A DNA stretch of 64,000 nt from Kiritimatiellia bacterium (GTDB lineage: Bacteria; Verrucomicrobiota; Kiritimatiellia; RFP12; UBA1067), in the NCBI GenBank assembly GCA_050949565.1, contig JBMNFY010000017.1:1280001-1344000 (forward strand). Reading direction: 5' to 3'. Below the pieces are notes generated by a model. It saw nothing but the letters and a program-made list of their open reading frames with translations. It was not told the origin of the DNA and searched no databases. This document shows, piece after piece, positions 10,348 to 19,098 of the stretch (the first letter of the stretch is position 1; each line of letters starts with the position of its first letter). A program made the translations under genes and the position numbers.

Positions 10348-11315
10348 GTGAAGTTCGCGCCGACGATTTCGCCCGTGGCGGCGTCGACATAGATAAGGAT
10401 GTCGGGCGGAATCGACCGCAAACCGCCTTCATACACTTTTGTGCCGATTGTTTCATACGTCACCACCCAGCAAAGTCGCGTTTCTTCCGGCGGCTTGTCA
10501 CGCATCCATACTGCCCGCTTGGGGTCAAGTAACCAGTTGGGGGCCGCAATAAGAAGTTCGGCTTTCTTGATGCCCCTCACTTTAAAATCAGGGAGGCGGC
10601 ACATCCGATAGAACGGAGTCTTCATCACTAGGGGCACCGCTTTTTCTCCTTTTGCCACGGCATCCTCACGGGATATCTTCACGTCTGTCGTGCAGGGGGG
10701 CGGCAAAACATCATAGCAGTAGAAACCGAGGAATCCGTAACGCTCATGGAAACTGACACTGACAGATTGTGATAGAAATGTCAGAAATGAATCAAATCTG
10801 TATCCCTGAAATGTGCGATCCCATCCGACATACCATTCATATGGGGCATAATAACCGAACACGACCTCTCTCAAACGGATGGGGTACGGTATCTTGACGC
10901 CGATGATATCCAGATAATTCTGGGCGCGTTCGACAGCCTCGTTTGTGGTCAGCGATTGGATACACTGCACGTTGTTTGTCTTTAGGAATCTCATCAGAGA
11001 ATCGTTCCAAATCGTTGTCAGTCGATTGTTCGGTTGCTCCAGAATGAAACACAATTGGCCGCGGATGTCGGCCCGAGTGCCCATTTCATCCGTTTTTATC
11101 ACATGGTACTCTTCGTCAAGGCGGAACGGCTGACGATAAATATCTGCGAACGGGACGTCGGTGGGTGCCAGTTTGGGGGCAAGGGTAGCATACCACTGCT
11201 TGGCGACCGCGATCGCACGATCCACCTCCGGCCCTTCGCGGATAATAGTGCCCTCATCCGCAAGAACGAAAAGAGCCATTAGACATCCAAGGACAAATAC
11301 AGTCTTTAAGTGCAT
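10344..11315 (-). CDS. Secreted PepSY-like (YcdB/YcdC-type) protein, paralog 2; candidate immunity/protease inhibitor
   Basis: Signal peptide MHLKTVFVLGCLMALFVLA; ISREDAVAKG and IYVDAATGEIVG PepSY-type motifs; lower GC than neighbours. Confidence 0.7.
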   Translation of the reverse strand: MHLKTVFVLGCLMALFVLADEGTIIREGPEVDRAIAVAKQWYATLAPKLAPTDVPFADIYRQPFRLDEEYHVIKTDEMGTRADIRGQLCFILEQPNNRLTTIWNDSLMRFLKTNNVQCIQSLTTNEAVERAQNYLDIIGVKIPYPIRLREVVFGYYAPYEWYVGWDRTFQGYRFDSFLTFLSQSVSVSFHERYGFLGFYCYDVLPPPCTTDVKISREDAVAKGEKAVPLVMKTPFYRMCRLPDFKVRGIKKAELLIAAPNWLLDPKRAVWMRDKPPEETRLCWVVTYETIGTKVYEGGLRSIPPDILIYVDAATGEIVGANFT

Positions 11316-11431
11316 CAGTTACCTTTCTTCAGATCAACGACGTTGTTCGTGCTACCGTAAAGCTTCATTCCATGCGTCGGGGATTACACCATGCGCAACG
11401 ACACCCGTGTCCTCTAACGCATGTCTCCTTA

Positions 11432-12382
11432 TCATGTGAAGTTCGCCCCGACGATCTCGCCTGTGGCGGCGTCGATGTAGACCCGGAAAAACGGCGGAAC
11501 CAGCAGTTCGCCGGGTTCTGTCTTCCCGGTGTATTCGCTTGCGAGCGAGACCACCCAGCACAGGCGCGTTTCTTCTGGCACCCCCCGTCTCAACCAGATG
11601 GCCCGCTTCGGGTCGAGCAGCCAGTTCGGCGCGGCGATGAGCAATTCCGCCTTAAGCACGCCGGACACCTTGAACCCCGGCAGACGGCATTGCAGATAAT
11701 ACGGCGACCGCTGGATGAGCGGGACGGCCAGGACAGCCTTGTCTGCGGCGGCCTCCGCAGAAATCTTCACATCCATCCGTTTGGGGGCAGGATAGTCGTA
11801 GCGCCCGTAAAAGCCGATGAAGCCGTATTTTTCGCTGATTCGGACTTCGATTTGCTGCGCCTCGTAATTGATAAACGAATCATACCCTATGTTGTTGACT
11901 CGGGGTTCCCAAACGACTACCCACGCAGGCTCTTTATTTTTTCCATACAGAACGGATTTCACATACATGTTCGTCGGCAGGGAAACGCCGAGCACAGAGA
12001 TGTATTCCTTCGCCTGCTCGACCGCCCGTTGCGGAGTCCATGCCGGAACCCTTTGTACATTGTTTGTTCCGTTGTATGACCTCAGACGATGATTGTACAC
12101 CGCAATCAGTCTGGGAGGGTGCTCGTCCACCATATGGAAATCCAACTGCGCCGCCACTAAAAAAACAGACGGATAGTAGTCGAAATCTTTGCGTTCGCAC
12201 CCCCAGCGTTCAAGTGTCAGTTTATTTTTGTATATATTTGCAAAAGGGACGTTGGACGGGGTTAACGTCGCAACAACGCGATCATAGAAGTTTGAAACTC
12301 CTTTCAGCGTTGCCTCGGATATTCCGCCGGCAAACAAGCACTGTGTGAAAAAAAAGACAGCGAATAGAACGAGTGATCTCAT
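11432..12382 (-). CDS. Secreted PepSY-like protein, paralog 1; candidate immunity/protease inhibitor
   Basis: Signal peptide MRSLVLFAVFFFTQCLFA; ISAEAAADKA and VYIDAATGEIVG; ATG overlaps the stop of the upstream large gene (ATGA). Confidence 0.7.
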   Translation of the reverse strand: MRSLVLFAVFFFTQCLFAGGISEATLKGVSNFYDRVVATLTPSNVPFANIYKNKLTLERWGCERKDFDYYPSVFLVAAQLDFHMVDEHPPRLIAVYNHRLRSYNGTNNVQRVPAWTPQRAVEQAKEYISVLGVSLPTNMYVKSVLYGKNKEPAWVVVWEPRVNNIGYDSFINYEAQQIEVRISEKYGFIGFYGRYDYPAPKRMDVKISAEAAADKAVLAVPLIQRSPYYLQCRLPGFKVSGVLKAELLIAAPNWLLDPKRAIWLRRGVPEETRLCWVVSLASEYTGKTEPGELLVPPFFRVYIDAATGEIVGANFT

Positions 12383-15300
12383 GGCGCGTTTTCCGTGTTC
12401 GTTGTTTTATCGATTACATTGTCTGTTGCCCCGTAAATCTTCATAAACCGTTCATCCCTGTCGGAGGTGGGAGCCAGCGCATTATGCTGATCTAAAAAAG
12501 CAGTATGCGCCTGCTGGACCGTTTTTCTGCCCTTGAGGTTGTTCAGGAACTCGGATGTCCACCTTTGCGCGGCGGTGGGATTCATGGTCCATGCCCAGCC
12601 CATGTAGGCGGAGTCCGCGCCGAAGGCGTCTGCGAAATCCATGCACTCGGCGACCAGATTGTCGTTGGCCCGCGCCGCGGCCTTGTGCGCCTCGATGCCG
12701 GCGTCGCCCCCGAGCAAGTTGAGCGGCATCTCCATCCTCACGTCCCACTCCTCCAATCGCTGGGTCATCGCCGAGCAGCAGCCGTCAACCATGACCAGCT
12801 TGTAGTCCAGATCCCTGTCCTCAAGGTCTTGGGTCCTGATCCGTTCTTCCGTCGCGAGTTCCAGCCCGTCAAAGGTGACGGCCCCGGTGCTCTTGCTGAC
12901 GAGCAGCTTGGCGTGGGACATAGAGTACCAGACTCCCTTGTTCTTTACACGCGACATCACCCAGTCCTTGGTTGCCTTTTTGTGCAGGTCGACCGTGTAG
13001 CGCAGGTCTTTGATCGGCTGCGCGATAAGGGCCGCCTCGTTCAAGCCCGCGCCCCAGCTTGTCCCGACGTCCAGCGACCGCCAGACCAGCGCGTCTTTTT
13101 CCGGCGGCACCTCTTTCTTCACGGGCGTGCAGCCGGTGAGGAACGCGACCGCCGAGACGCTGTGCGCCATCGGGTTCTTCCACCTCAAGTGTTCCGCGTC
13201 GATGCGCAAGGGCGTGTAGCCGGGCGGCGGGTCGGCGTCGAGTTCGCCGTCCGGGATCAGGATGAAGGCTTGGTCGGAAAGCAGGCCGCCGCCGGAAGCG
13301 GAGAAGGTGACCGTCCGGTCGCCGAAGGAGAGCGGGGACGGGCCTGCGCCGTAAGTCCCGGTCACGCTGTCCACGGAGGTGGTGAGCGAGACGGATGCCA
13401 GCAGGTCCTGCGGGAGCCCCGTGATCCTGATGCGCCACGGCGCGAAATCGGGCACGGCGAGCGCGGACGCGGGGAGGTCGGTCGGGACCGGCGGGTTGTA
13501 GTTCCGGTAGACGCCGGACTGCGGCGCGGTCTCCCAGACCGTGAAGACGGCGTTGGAAAGCCCGAACCCGTCCGTGACGGCGAGGCGGGGCGTTCCCGCC
13601 GCCGCAGACAGCCGGACGGAGAAGCTGCCGTTCGTGAAGGCGCCCGAGCCGGGGGCGGTCTCCGTCAGCCCGGTGTCGTCGGAGAGCGTCTCCGTGGTGA
13701 TGCGGAGGTCCGCGATGCGGGGGACGGCGGACGGCGCTCCCGCGCTGAAGACCAGCCCGAACAAGGTGTTTTCGAAGGCTGAACTTTCCGCCGACGTTTC
13801 AACGCAGGGGTAAACCGCGTTGGTGACGCCGAGCGCGGGGAAGGTGACAGACGCGCTGACCCACTCCTGGACGTTGGTGTCGGCAAGCAGCGCCCCTGAA
13901 AGCGTGACGCAAGAGGCCCCGTTCGTAAAAAAGAGGCTGTCCGGGGCGGTCTCGGTCAATACGCAAGATGCGCCGAGATACGTCACGGCGGCAGAACGGA
14001 GACCGGCGGCGTTTGTCGGGGACAACGTGAACGCGAGGTCGCTGCCGGGGCAATCATAGACCGGCTCGCCTTTGCCGATGCCGTCGGATGGTGTGAAGAC
14101 GGGCAGATGGGCCATCGGCTGACCTTCGTCCTCGCCCTCGGCATGCACAAACTCAATGTCCCACGCCACGATCTTCTGGGTGGCTTCGGCGCGGAAGCGG
14201 TGGCGGCGGTCGTATTTCGGGCCGTAGAACTCGAAGGTGAGTTCGGCGTCGCCGGGCCCGAGGAACTCGGCGTAGACTTCAAGGTCGGTGAAGCGGTCGG
14301 GGAAGTCATGTATGGACACGTCATCCGGGGAGCCGGTGCGTGAGAGGAGCGGCGTGCCGTTCGTAGACGCGGGCGCGGGCCAGACCCGGAAGCGGGCGTT
14401 GCCGGAGGCATGGAGCCGGAGCGTCCCGGGCACGCCGGCGCCGACGTATGCCGAGAGCCGCACCTTCTTCAGCGCGTTGCTGGCGGCGCCGACGTGCCAC
14501 GTCCGGTTGGAGGAGAGGACGAGGACGGCGTGGTCCGGCGCGCCGGGCAGGGTGGAGGCGACCGCGCCGTCGCCGTCGGCGTCGGGCATCAGCGCGACGC
14601 CGAGGACGGTGACGCGGTTGGTGGCGTAGTGGTGGCGCTGCCAGGTCTCATGGCCGTCGTGCACGGTCTCGGTCCAGTGCCAGACGAGCGCGTCGGCCCA
14701 CGGGCCGGGGCTGGGGGCCAACCCTTCGGCGTAGACGCGCTGGCTCTGCATGATCGAGCCGGAGAAGGCCGTTTGTTTGCCGGTGTCCCGCCAGAGCCTG
14801 ACGCGGGAGGACGCGGAGGCGAGTTCCGCCCCGGGCTCTTCCGCCCAGCCGTGGCCCGGGCACTGGCAGCAGGCGGGGCCGAGCGGCACGAGGGGGGCGA
14901 GGTCGGGGTCCGGCTCGTCCGCCGTCCACGGGGCCTGTTCCCGGTCTTCCTGCAGGTCACCGTCGTCGTCGTTGGCATTGAGGATGAGCAGGATGTTTTC
15001 GTTGCGCCCCCAGGGCGGGTGGTCGGGCTCGTCCGGTTCGCCGGGATCGCCGCCGGGGCCGGGGTCGCCAGGTTCGTCTGGATCGTCGGAGCCGGGATCG
15101 TGGAGGCGGGCGCATGCGTCCCGTGTGCAGTCGTGCTCGTGGCACCAGTCCGCGGGACACTCCGGGTACGGGCAGCCGTGCCTGGGGCAGACCGGCGGCG
15201 GGGAGCACTCCGAGACGTCGCAGTTGTGGAGGAAGCACCACACCGGCGAGCTGTTGCCGTGGTCGCAGGCGCACAGCGCGTCCTCGCAGTCGTGCGCGAG

Positions 15301-17298
15301 GCACCACGCCGGGGCGGGCTCCTCCGGCAGGATGCAGGTGTGGATGTCGACCCAGTCGGTTTTCGCGGCGGACGCGCCCTCGGCCGTGAAGCTGAGTCCC
15401 AGCGCGCCGCTTTTCGGCATCGTCAGGTTGACGTGGGGGCGGTCCCCCGGAAGCGGGGTCCCGTTCAGCCGCCATGCGTACGCGCCGCGCATCGGCGGGG
15501 TGATTTTTGCCGCCAGGCTCTTCCTGCCCGCCGAGTGGAAGCAGACGGTCCCGCCGCGCTCCCGCGCCGCCGTCGGCGCCCGGACGGCGACGAGGGGTTG
15601 GGCGATCAGTCCGGCGGCGACCGGCGCGCCCGGCGGGAGCGTCATGCCGTCCCCGAACGCCGCCGCCCCGGCGCCGCCGGGCTGGAACGCCGCACAGCCG
15701 CCGCCGGCCGTCAGCGAGAGCCGCACCCAGCCCCCTTGGGCCGACCACAGCGAGACCGGCCAGGCGGCCCCCTCGTCCAGCCAGAAGGTCCATGTCCCGG
15801 TCCTGTCGATCAGGAGCCGCCGGTTTCCGACCGCCAGCACGGCGGGGGCTGCCGGGACGGCCTTGACCTCGACGGTGACGGGGAACATCGCGGCCGAGCC
15901 GTCGTGCCGCAGGGGCGTGCTGCCGTCGTTGAACGGGTCGGAGCACAGAAGCCCCTCCAGCCAGTCGGGGAACCCGTCGCCGTCGCTGTCCAGTTCCGCG
16001 TCGGCGCCGGCCGCCAGCCCGTTGAGGTCGGCGAGGATCCGGCGCCGCACGGCATCGGGATCGGTCTCGGGGGTCAGCGGGGCGGGGTCGATGCCGTCCC
16101 GCAGGCCGTCGCCGTCGGTGTCGGGGTCGAGGGGGTCCGTGCCGAGGGCGATTTCCGCGCCGTCGTCCGCCCCGTCGCCGTCGCTGTCGGCGCGGCGCGG
16201 GTCGGTGCCGTGGATGAGCAGTTCGTCATAGATGGAGAGGCCGTCGCCGTCGTGGTCGTCAATGGCCGGGTCGAGCAGGCCGAAGGCGCGCCAGCGCAGT
16301 TCGAGGCCGTCGGCGAGCGCGGAGGGATCGTCGAGGGCGAAGGCCTCGCCGCCGCCGTTGTGCCGGGCGCCGATGAAGAGGTTGGTGAAGGCGTGGCCGG
16401 GGGATCGGAGCGCGGAGCCGGCCGGTATTTTGTACCGGAAGCGGAAATCGCCGTTCCCGGAGAGTTCGGACTGGAAGGAGACCGGGCAGTTGGTGTCGCG
16501 CCCGGCGTAGAGGTTCTCCCAGGCCAGCAGCAGGCCGCCCGAGGGCGTGGGCGCGTGCCAGAAGCGCCCCTGCGGCGGCACGGTGCCGAGGCTGCCGTGC
16601 AGCGGCGCGAGCAGGCTGGCGTTCTCGGGCACGGAGGAGGGTTTCGGCGTGGACAACGGGTCCCGGAACGACACCAGCCCGGAACTCGACACGTAAAGGC
16701 CCTCGACCTGATTGGTGCCGAGGATGAAGGACCAGCCGTTTGTCCGCAGCCAGAAGATGTCCTCGGCGACGCCGTAGACGGTCCACGGCGCGTGGACGAC
16801 CGCGTTGGAGGGGGCCGCCAGCCACGCGGCGGGGTTGGTCGCGGCGGAGACGAGGGCGAAGCCGGCGGCGTACTGGCCGGGGGTGAGGAAGCCGGGGGTG
16901 GCACCCAGCGATGCGTAGTCGAAGGGCAGGGCCGGGGCGCCGCCGGACTGCGGGGAGGCGGCACCGCCGGAGGCGGGCGCCGCCGGGGGCGGGGTGTTTG
17001 TGGAGGGGGGCGTGCCCCCCGCCGGGGGCGGCGCGCTCCCCGCAGCCGACCCTTGGTATTGGGCGGCGGGCACGGGCTCCGGGGCGCCGGAGGGAGCGCC
17101 GGGGCCGGGTTTGGGCTTGGAGCCGCCGTAGATGCAGAGCGCGACGACGAGCGCCAGGACGAGCATCTGGTCGAAGCGGGACTGAGCCCGGAAGTTGCGT
17201 ATCGGGTCGCGGAAGACGCCGTCGGTCTCGCAGGCGCGGGCGATGAACCACAGCACGAAAGCGATGCCGAGGAACCAGAAAAGCATGGCAGGTGTCAT
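12379..17298 (-). CDS. 1639-aa multidomain secreted/anchored protein: NIDO-like, TSP3 Ca-binding repeats, Cys/His repeats, C-terminal clan CD peptidase-like domain
   Basis: Start MTPAMLFWFLG after GAAGGGG RBS; DxDGDG repeats; C-x2-H-x-C-x4-C x4; ETxxxSxx[FY] x4; WYSMSHA and YKLVMVDGCCSA near the C-terminus. Confidence 0.75.
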   Translation of the reverse strand: MTPAMLFWFLGIAFVLWFIARACETDGVFRDPIRNFRAQSRFDQMLVLALVVALCIYGGSKPKPGPGAPSGAPEPVPAAQYQGSAAGSAPPPAGGTPPSTNTPPPAAPASGGAASPQSGGAPALPFDYASLGATPGFLTPGQYAAGFALVSAATNPAAWLAAPSNAVVHAPWTVYGVAEDIFWLRTNGWSFILGTNQVEGLYVSSSGLVSFRDPLSTPKPSSVPENASLLAPLHGSLGTVPPQGRFWHAPTPSGGLLLAWENLYAGRDTNCPVSFQSELSGNGDFRFRYKIPAGSALRSPGHAFTNLFIGARHNGGGEAFALDDPSALADGLELRWRAFGLLDPAIDDHDGDGLSIYDELLIHGTDPRRADSDGDGADDGAEIALGTDPLDPDTDGDGLRDGIDPAPLTPETDPDAVRRRILADLNGLAAGADAELDSDGDGFPDWLEGLLCSDPFNDGSTPLRHDGSAAMFPVTVEVKAVPAAPAVLAVGNRRLLIDRTGTWTFWLDEGAAWPVSLWSAQGGWVRLSLTAGGGCAAFQPGGAGAAAFGDGMTLPPGAPVAAGLIAQPLVAVRAPTAARERGGTVCFHSAGRKSLAAKITPPMRGAYAWRLNGTPLPGDRPHVNLTMPKSGALGLSFTAEGASAAKTDWVDIHTCILPEEPAPAWCLAHDCEDALCACDHGNSSPVWCFLHNCDVSECSPPPVCPRHGCPYPECPADWCHEHDCTRDACARLHDPGSDDPDEPGDPGPGGDPGEPDEPDHPPWGRNENILLILNANDDDGDLQEDREQAPWTADEPDPDLAPLVPLGPACCQCPGHGWAEEPGAELASASSRVRLWRDTGKQTAFSGSIMQSQRVYAEGLAPSPGPWADALVWHWTETVHDGHETWQRHHYATNRVTVLGVALMPDADGDGAVASTLPGAPDHAVLVLSSNRTWHVGAASNALKKVRLSAYVGAGVPGTLRLHASGNARFRVWPAPASTNGTPLLSRTGSPDDVSIHDFPDRFTDLEVYAEFLGPGDAELTFEFYGPKYDRRHRFRAEATQKIVAWDIEFVHAEGEDEGQPMAHLPVFTPSDGIGKGEPVYDCPGSDLAFTLSPTNAAGLRSAAVTYLGASCVLTETAPDSLFFTNGASCVTLSGALLADTNVQEWVSASVTFPALGVTNAVYPCVETSAESSAFENTLFGLVFSAGAPSAVPRIADLRITTETLSDDTGLTETAPGSGAFTNGSFSVRLSAAAGTPRLAVTDGFGLSNAVFTVWETAPQSGVYRNYNPPVPTDLPASALAVPDFAPWRIRITGLPQDLLASVSLTTSVDSVTGTYGAGPSPLSFGDRTVTFSASGGGLLSDQAFILIPDGELDADPPPGYTPLRIDAEHLRWKNPMAHSVSAVAFLTGCTPVKKEVPPEKDALVWRSLDVGTSWGAGLNEAALIAQPIKDLRYTVDLHKKATKDWVMSRVKNKGVWYSMSHAKLLVSKSTGAVTFDGLELATEERIRTQDLEDRDLDYKLVMVDGCCSAMTQRLEEWDVRMEMPLNLLGGDAGIEAHKAAARANDNLVAECMDFADAFGADSAYMGWAWTMNPTAAQRWTSEFLNNLKGRKTVQQAHTAFLDQHNALAPTSDRDERFMKIYGATDNVIDKTTNTENAP

Positions 17299-17314
17299 GT
17301 CCGTGTCCCCTTCG

Positions 17315-17914
17315 TCATTTGATGGTGATGCGCGCGCCGTCCGGGGCGGACACGGTTTTGATGCGTTCCTGCGGCGCGTCCGCGCCGCGCGCGGTGACGC
17401 GCAGGGTGTCCCATGTTCCGGGGCGCAGCCATTCCGGGAGGGGCGGCTGGGGGAGGCCCGCGAAGGCGACCGCGCCGTCGCGGTCGGTGAAGGCCGGGGG
17501 CAGACAGACACCCGAAGCAGTGACGCGGATGAGGGCGGTGAGCCTCTGCGTGCCGTTGGACGAGGCGGCGGGGACGGCGTGGCGGGCGCGCAGGCCGCGC
17601 GGCGACAGGAACCACCCGCCGCGGTCCCAGCCGACGGCAAGGTCGGTCTCGCCCGCGTCGAGCGCGCCGTCCGCCGGGGCGGCGTCGCGGCCCAGGCAGA
17701 CCTGGACGTGGTTGGAGGGCGTGGCCTCGAAGACAAGCTCGAGGCGGAAGACGCGCGGGCCGCCGGGGCCGGCGGCGGGCAGGGCGTGCGTCGCCGACAC
17801 CTCGCGGTCGGCGGTCGCAGGCTCCGGCAGGCGCGGCACCTCCAGGGTGGCGGCACCCGCCGCCAGCGCGGCTGCGGTGATGACGGTGGCTATGGTTATT
17901 ACGTTGTGTTTCAT
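17315..17914 (-). CDS. Small secreted hypothetical protein, partner gene of the large protein
   Basis: Signal peptide MKHNVITIATVITAAALAAGA; 16-bp gap to the next gene; EATPSNHVQVCLGRD...VGWDRGGW core; ends PDGARITIK. Confidence 0.75.
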   Translation of the reverse strand: MKHNVITIATVITAAALAAGAATLEVPRLPEPATADREVSATHALPAAGPGGPRVFRLELVFEATPSNHVQVCLGRDAAPADGALDAGETDLAVGWDRGGWFLSPRGLRARHAVPAASSNGTQRLTALIRVTASGVCLPPAFTDRDGAVAFAGLPQPPLPEWLRPGTWDTLRVTARGADAPQERIKTVSAPDGARITIK

Positions 17915-17972
17915 CTCGTTCCCTTCACTCGGTCCTCCGGCAGGGAAAAGGCGCGGACCCCGCTCCGTGCCA

Positions 17973-18082
17973 CCTACGAGGTACCGTCAAGGACCTTTGG
18001 AGAAGCCCGGCGACGAGGCCGCGCCCGATCGGGCGCGTCCCCGTGCATTCCGCTTCTCCTAGAATTTGACGGTTTTGGTAGG
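17973..18082 (-). promoter_or_regulatory. Long nested inverted repeat in the 5' leader of the island operon
   Basis: Pairs CCTAC/GTAGG, ACCGTCAA/TTGACGGT and GGAGAAGC/GCTTCTCC around the perfect palindrome CGCGCCCGATCGGGCGCG (18020-18037). Confidence 0.5.
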
Positions 18083-18366
18083 AAGCGTTCTGCGCGAAAG
18101 CGCAAAAATCAAATCAGTCTATGGGGGTTCGGTTCTCTTCTCGTTCTCCGGTTTTCTCTCTTGTCGTCCGCCAAGCGGCTCTCGTTCGCATGCGGCCTGC
18201 CGACTACCATCCAACAACAACGCCGCATTCCATCGTTGAGTGCATCTTATACTCACTGGCAGATAGAACGCAAGGCGAAAAATTCACAGCCTTTTCGCCA
18301 GAAACGCATGATCTTCGCATCCCCCCTGTCACCAACTGCGGATTACTTACGGTCAACGAGTTGACC

Positions 18367-18395
18367 TTGACGAAAAATGAAACGGATGGCATAAC
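18367..18395 (+). promoter_or_regulatory. Putative sigma70 promoter for the LUD gene
   Basis: TTGACG-N17-CATAAC with extended TG. Confidence 0.4.
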
Positions 18396-18433
18396 ATAAA
18401 TTGTTCTAACAATTTTAGAGAAAGGATGTGCTT

Positions 18434-19090
18434 ATGTTACCTCGTACACAGGAACTTAGAAATTGGACCTCGGAGAAAAAATGCCGCAAGGTGGTGGATA
18501 ACCTGACCAAGAAACATTTCACTGCGGTGTATTGTGCCACTGCCAAGGAGGCCGCCGACTACATCATGAAAGAGGCTGCGTCAGCGCAGAGCATCGGCTT
18601 CGGCGGATCGCTCTCGGTGGCCGACCTCCAGATCACCGCGCGTTTGGCTGAGCAAGGCAAGGAGATCCTGAACCACGGTGCCCCGGATCTGACACCCGAG
18701 CAGCGGGTGGCGTTCATGAAGCGGCAGCAGACCTGCGACCTCTTTTTGAGCGGCACAAACGCTGTGACGCTGGATGGATGCCTGGTCAATATCGACGGTC
18801 ACGGCAACCGCGTCGCGGCCATGATCTACGGCCCCACGAAGGTGATCGTGGTGGCGGGTCGCAACAAGATCGTTGAAGGCGATATCGCGGACGCCATCCG
18901 TCGCATCAAGGACAAGGCCGCGCCGCCCAACGCCATGCGGCTGGAGCGGGAGACGCCGTGCGCGGCAACCGGTTTCTGCAACGACTGCGACGCGCCGCAC
19001 CGCATCTGTCATGTCACGACGATCATCGACAGCAAGCCGGGTGCCACCGACCTCCATGTGCTGGTCGTCAACGAAGACATGGGACTGTAA
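18434..19090 (+). CDS. LUD domain (lactate utilization LutC/YkgG-like) protein
   Basis: GFGGSLS, DLFLSGTNAVTLDGCLVNIDGHGNRVAAMIYGP, GRNKIV, TPCAATGFCNDC...RIC. Confidence 0.9.
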   Translation: MLPRTQELRNWTSEKKCRKVVDNLTKKHFTAVYCATAKEAADYIMKEAASAQSIGFGGSLSVADLQITARLAEQGKEILNHGAPDLTPEQRVAFMKRQQTCDLFLSGTNAVTLDGCLVNIDGHGNRVAAMIYGPTKVIVVAGRNKIVEGDIADAIRRIKDKAAPPNAMRLERETPCAATGFCNDCDAPHRICHVTTIIDSKPGATDLHVLVVNEDMGL

Positions 19091-19098
19091 GTAGCCGA

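Noticed and set aside
12505-17322. Long plus-strand ORFs (425, 493 and 970 aa) opposite the large island gene
   Set aside because: These are antisense shadows in very high-GC sequence, with low-complexity R/G/A/V translations and no motifs
17299-17856. N-terminal 186-aa extension of the 1825-aa ORF
   Set aside because: It overlaps the real 199-aa gene in another frame; the RBS and hydrophobic N-terminus point to ATG 17298
9780-18100. Prophage or integrative element explanation for the island
   Set aside because: No integrase, phage or conjugation genes, tRNA target or att direct repeats were seen
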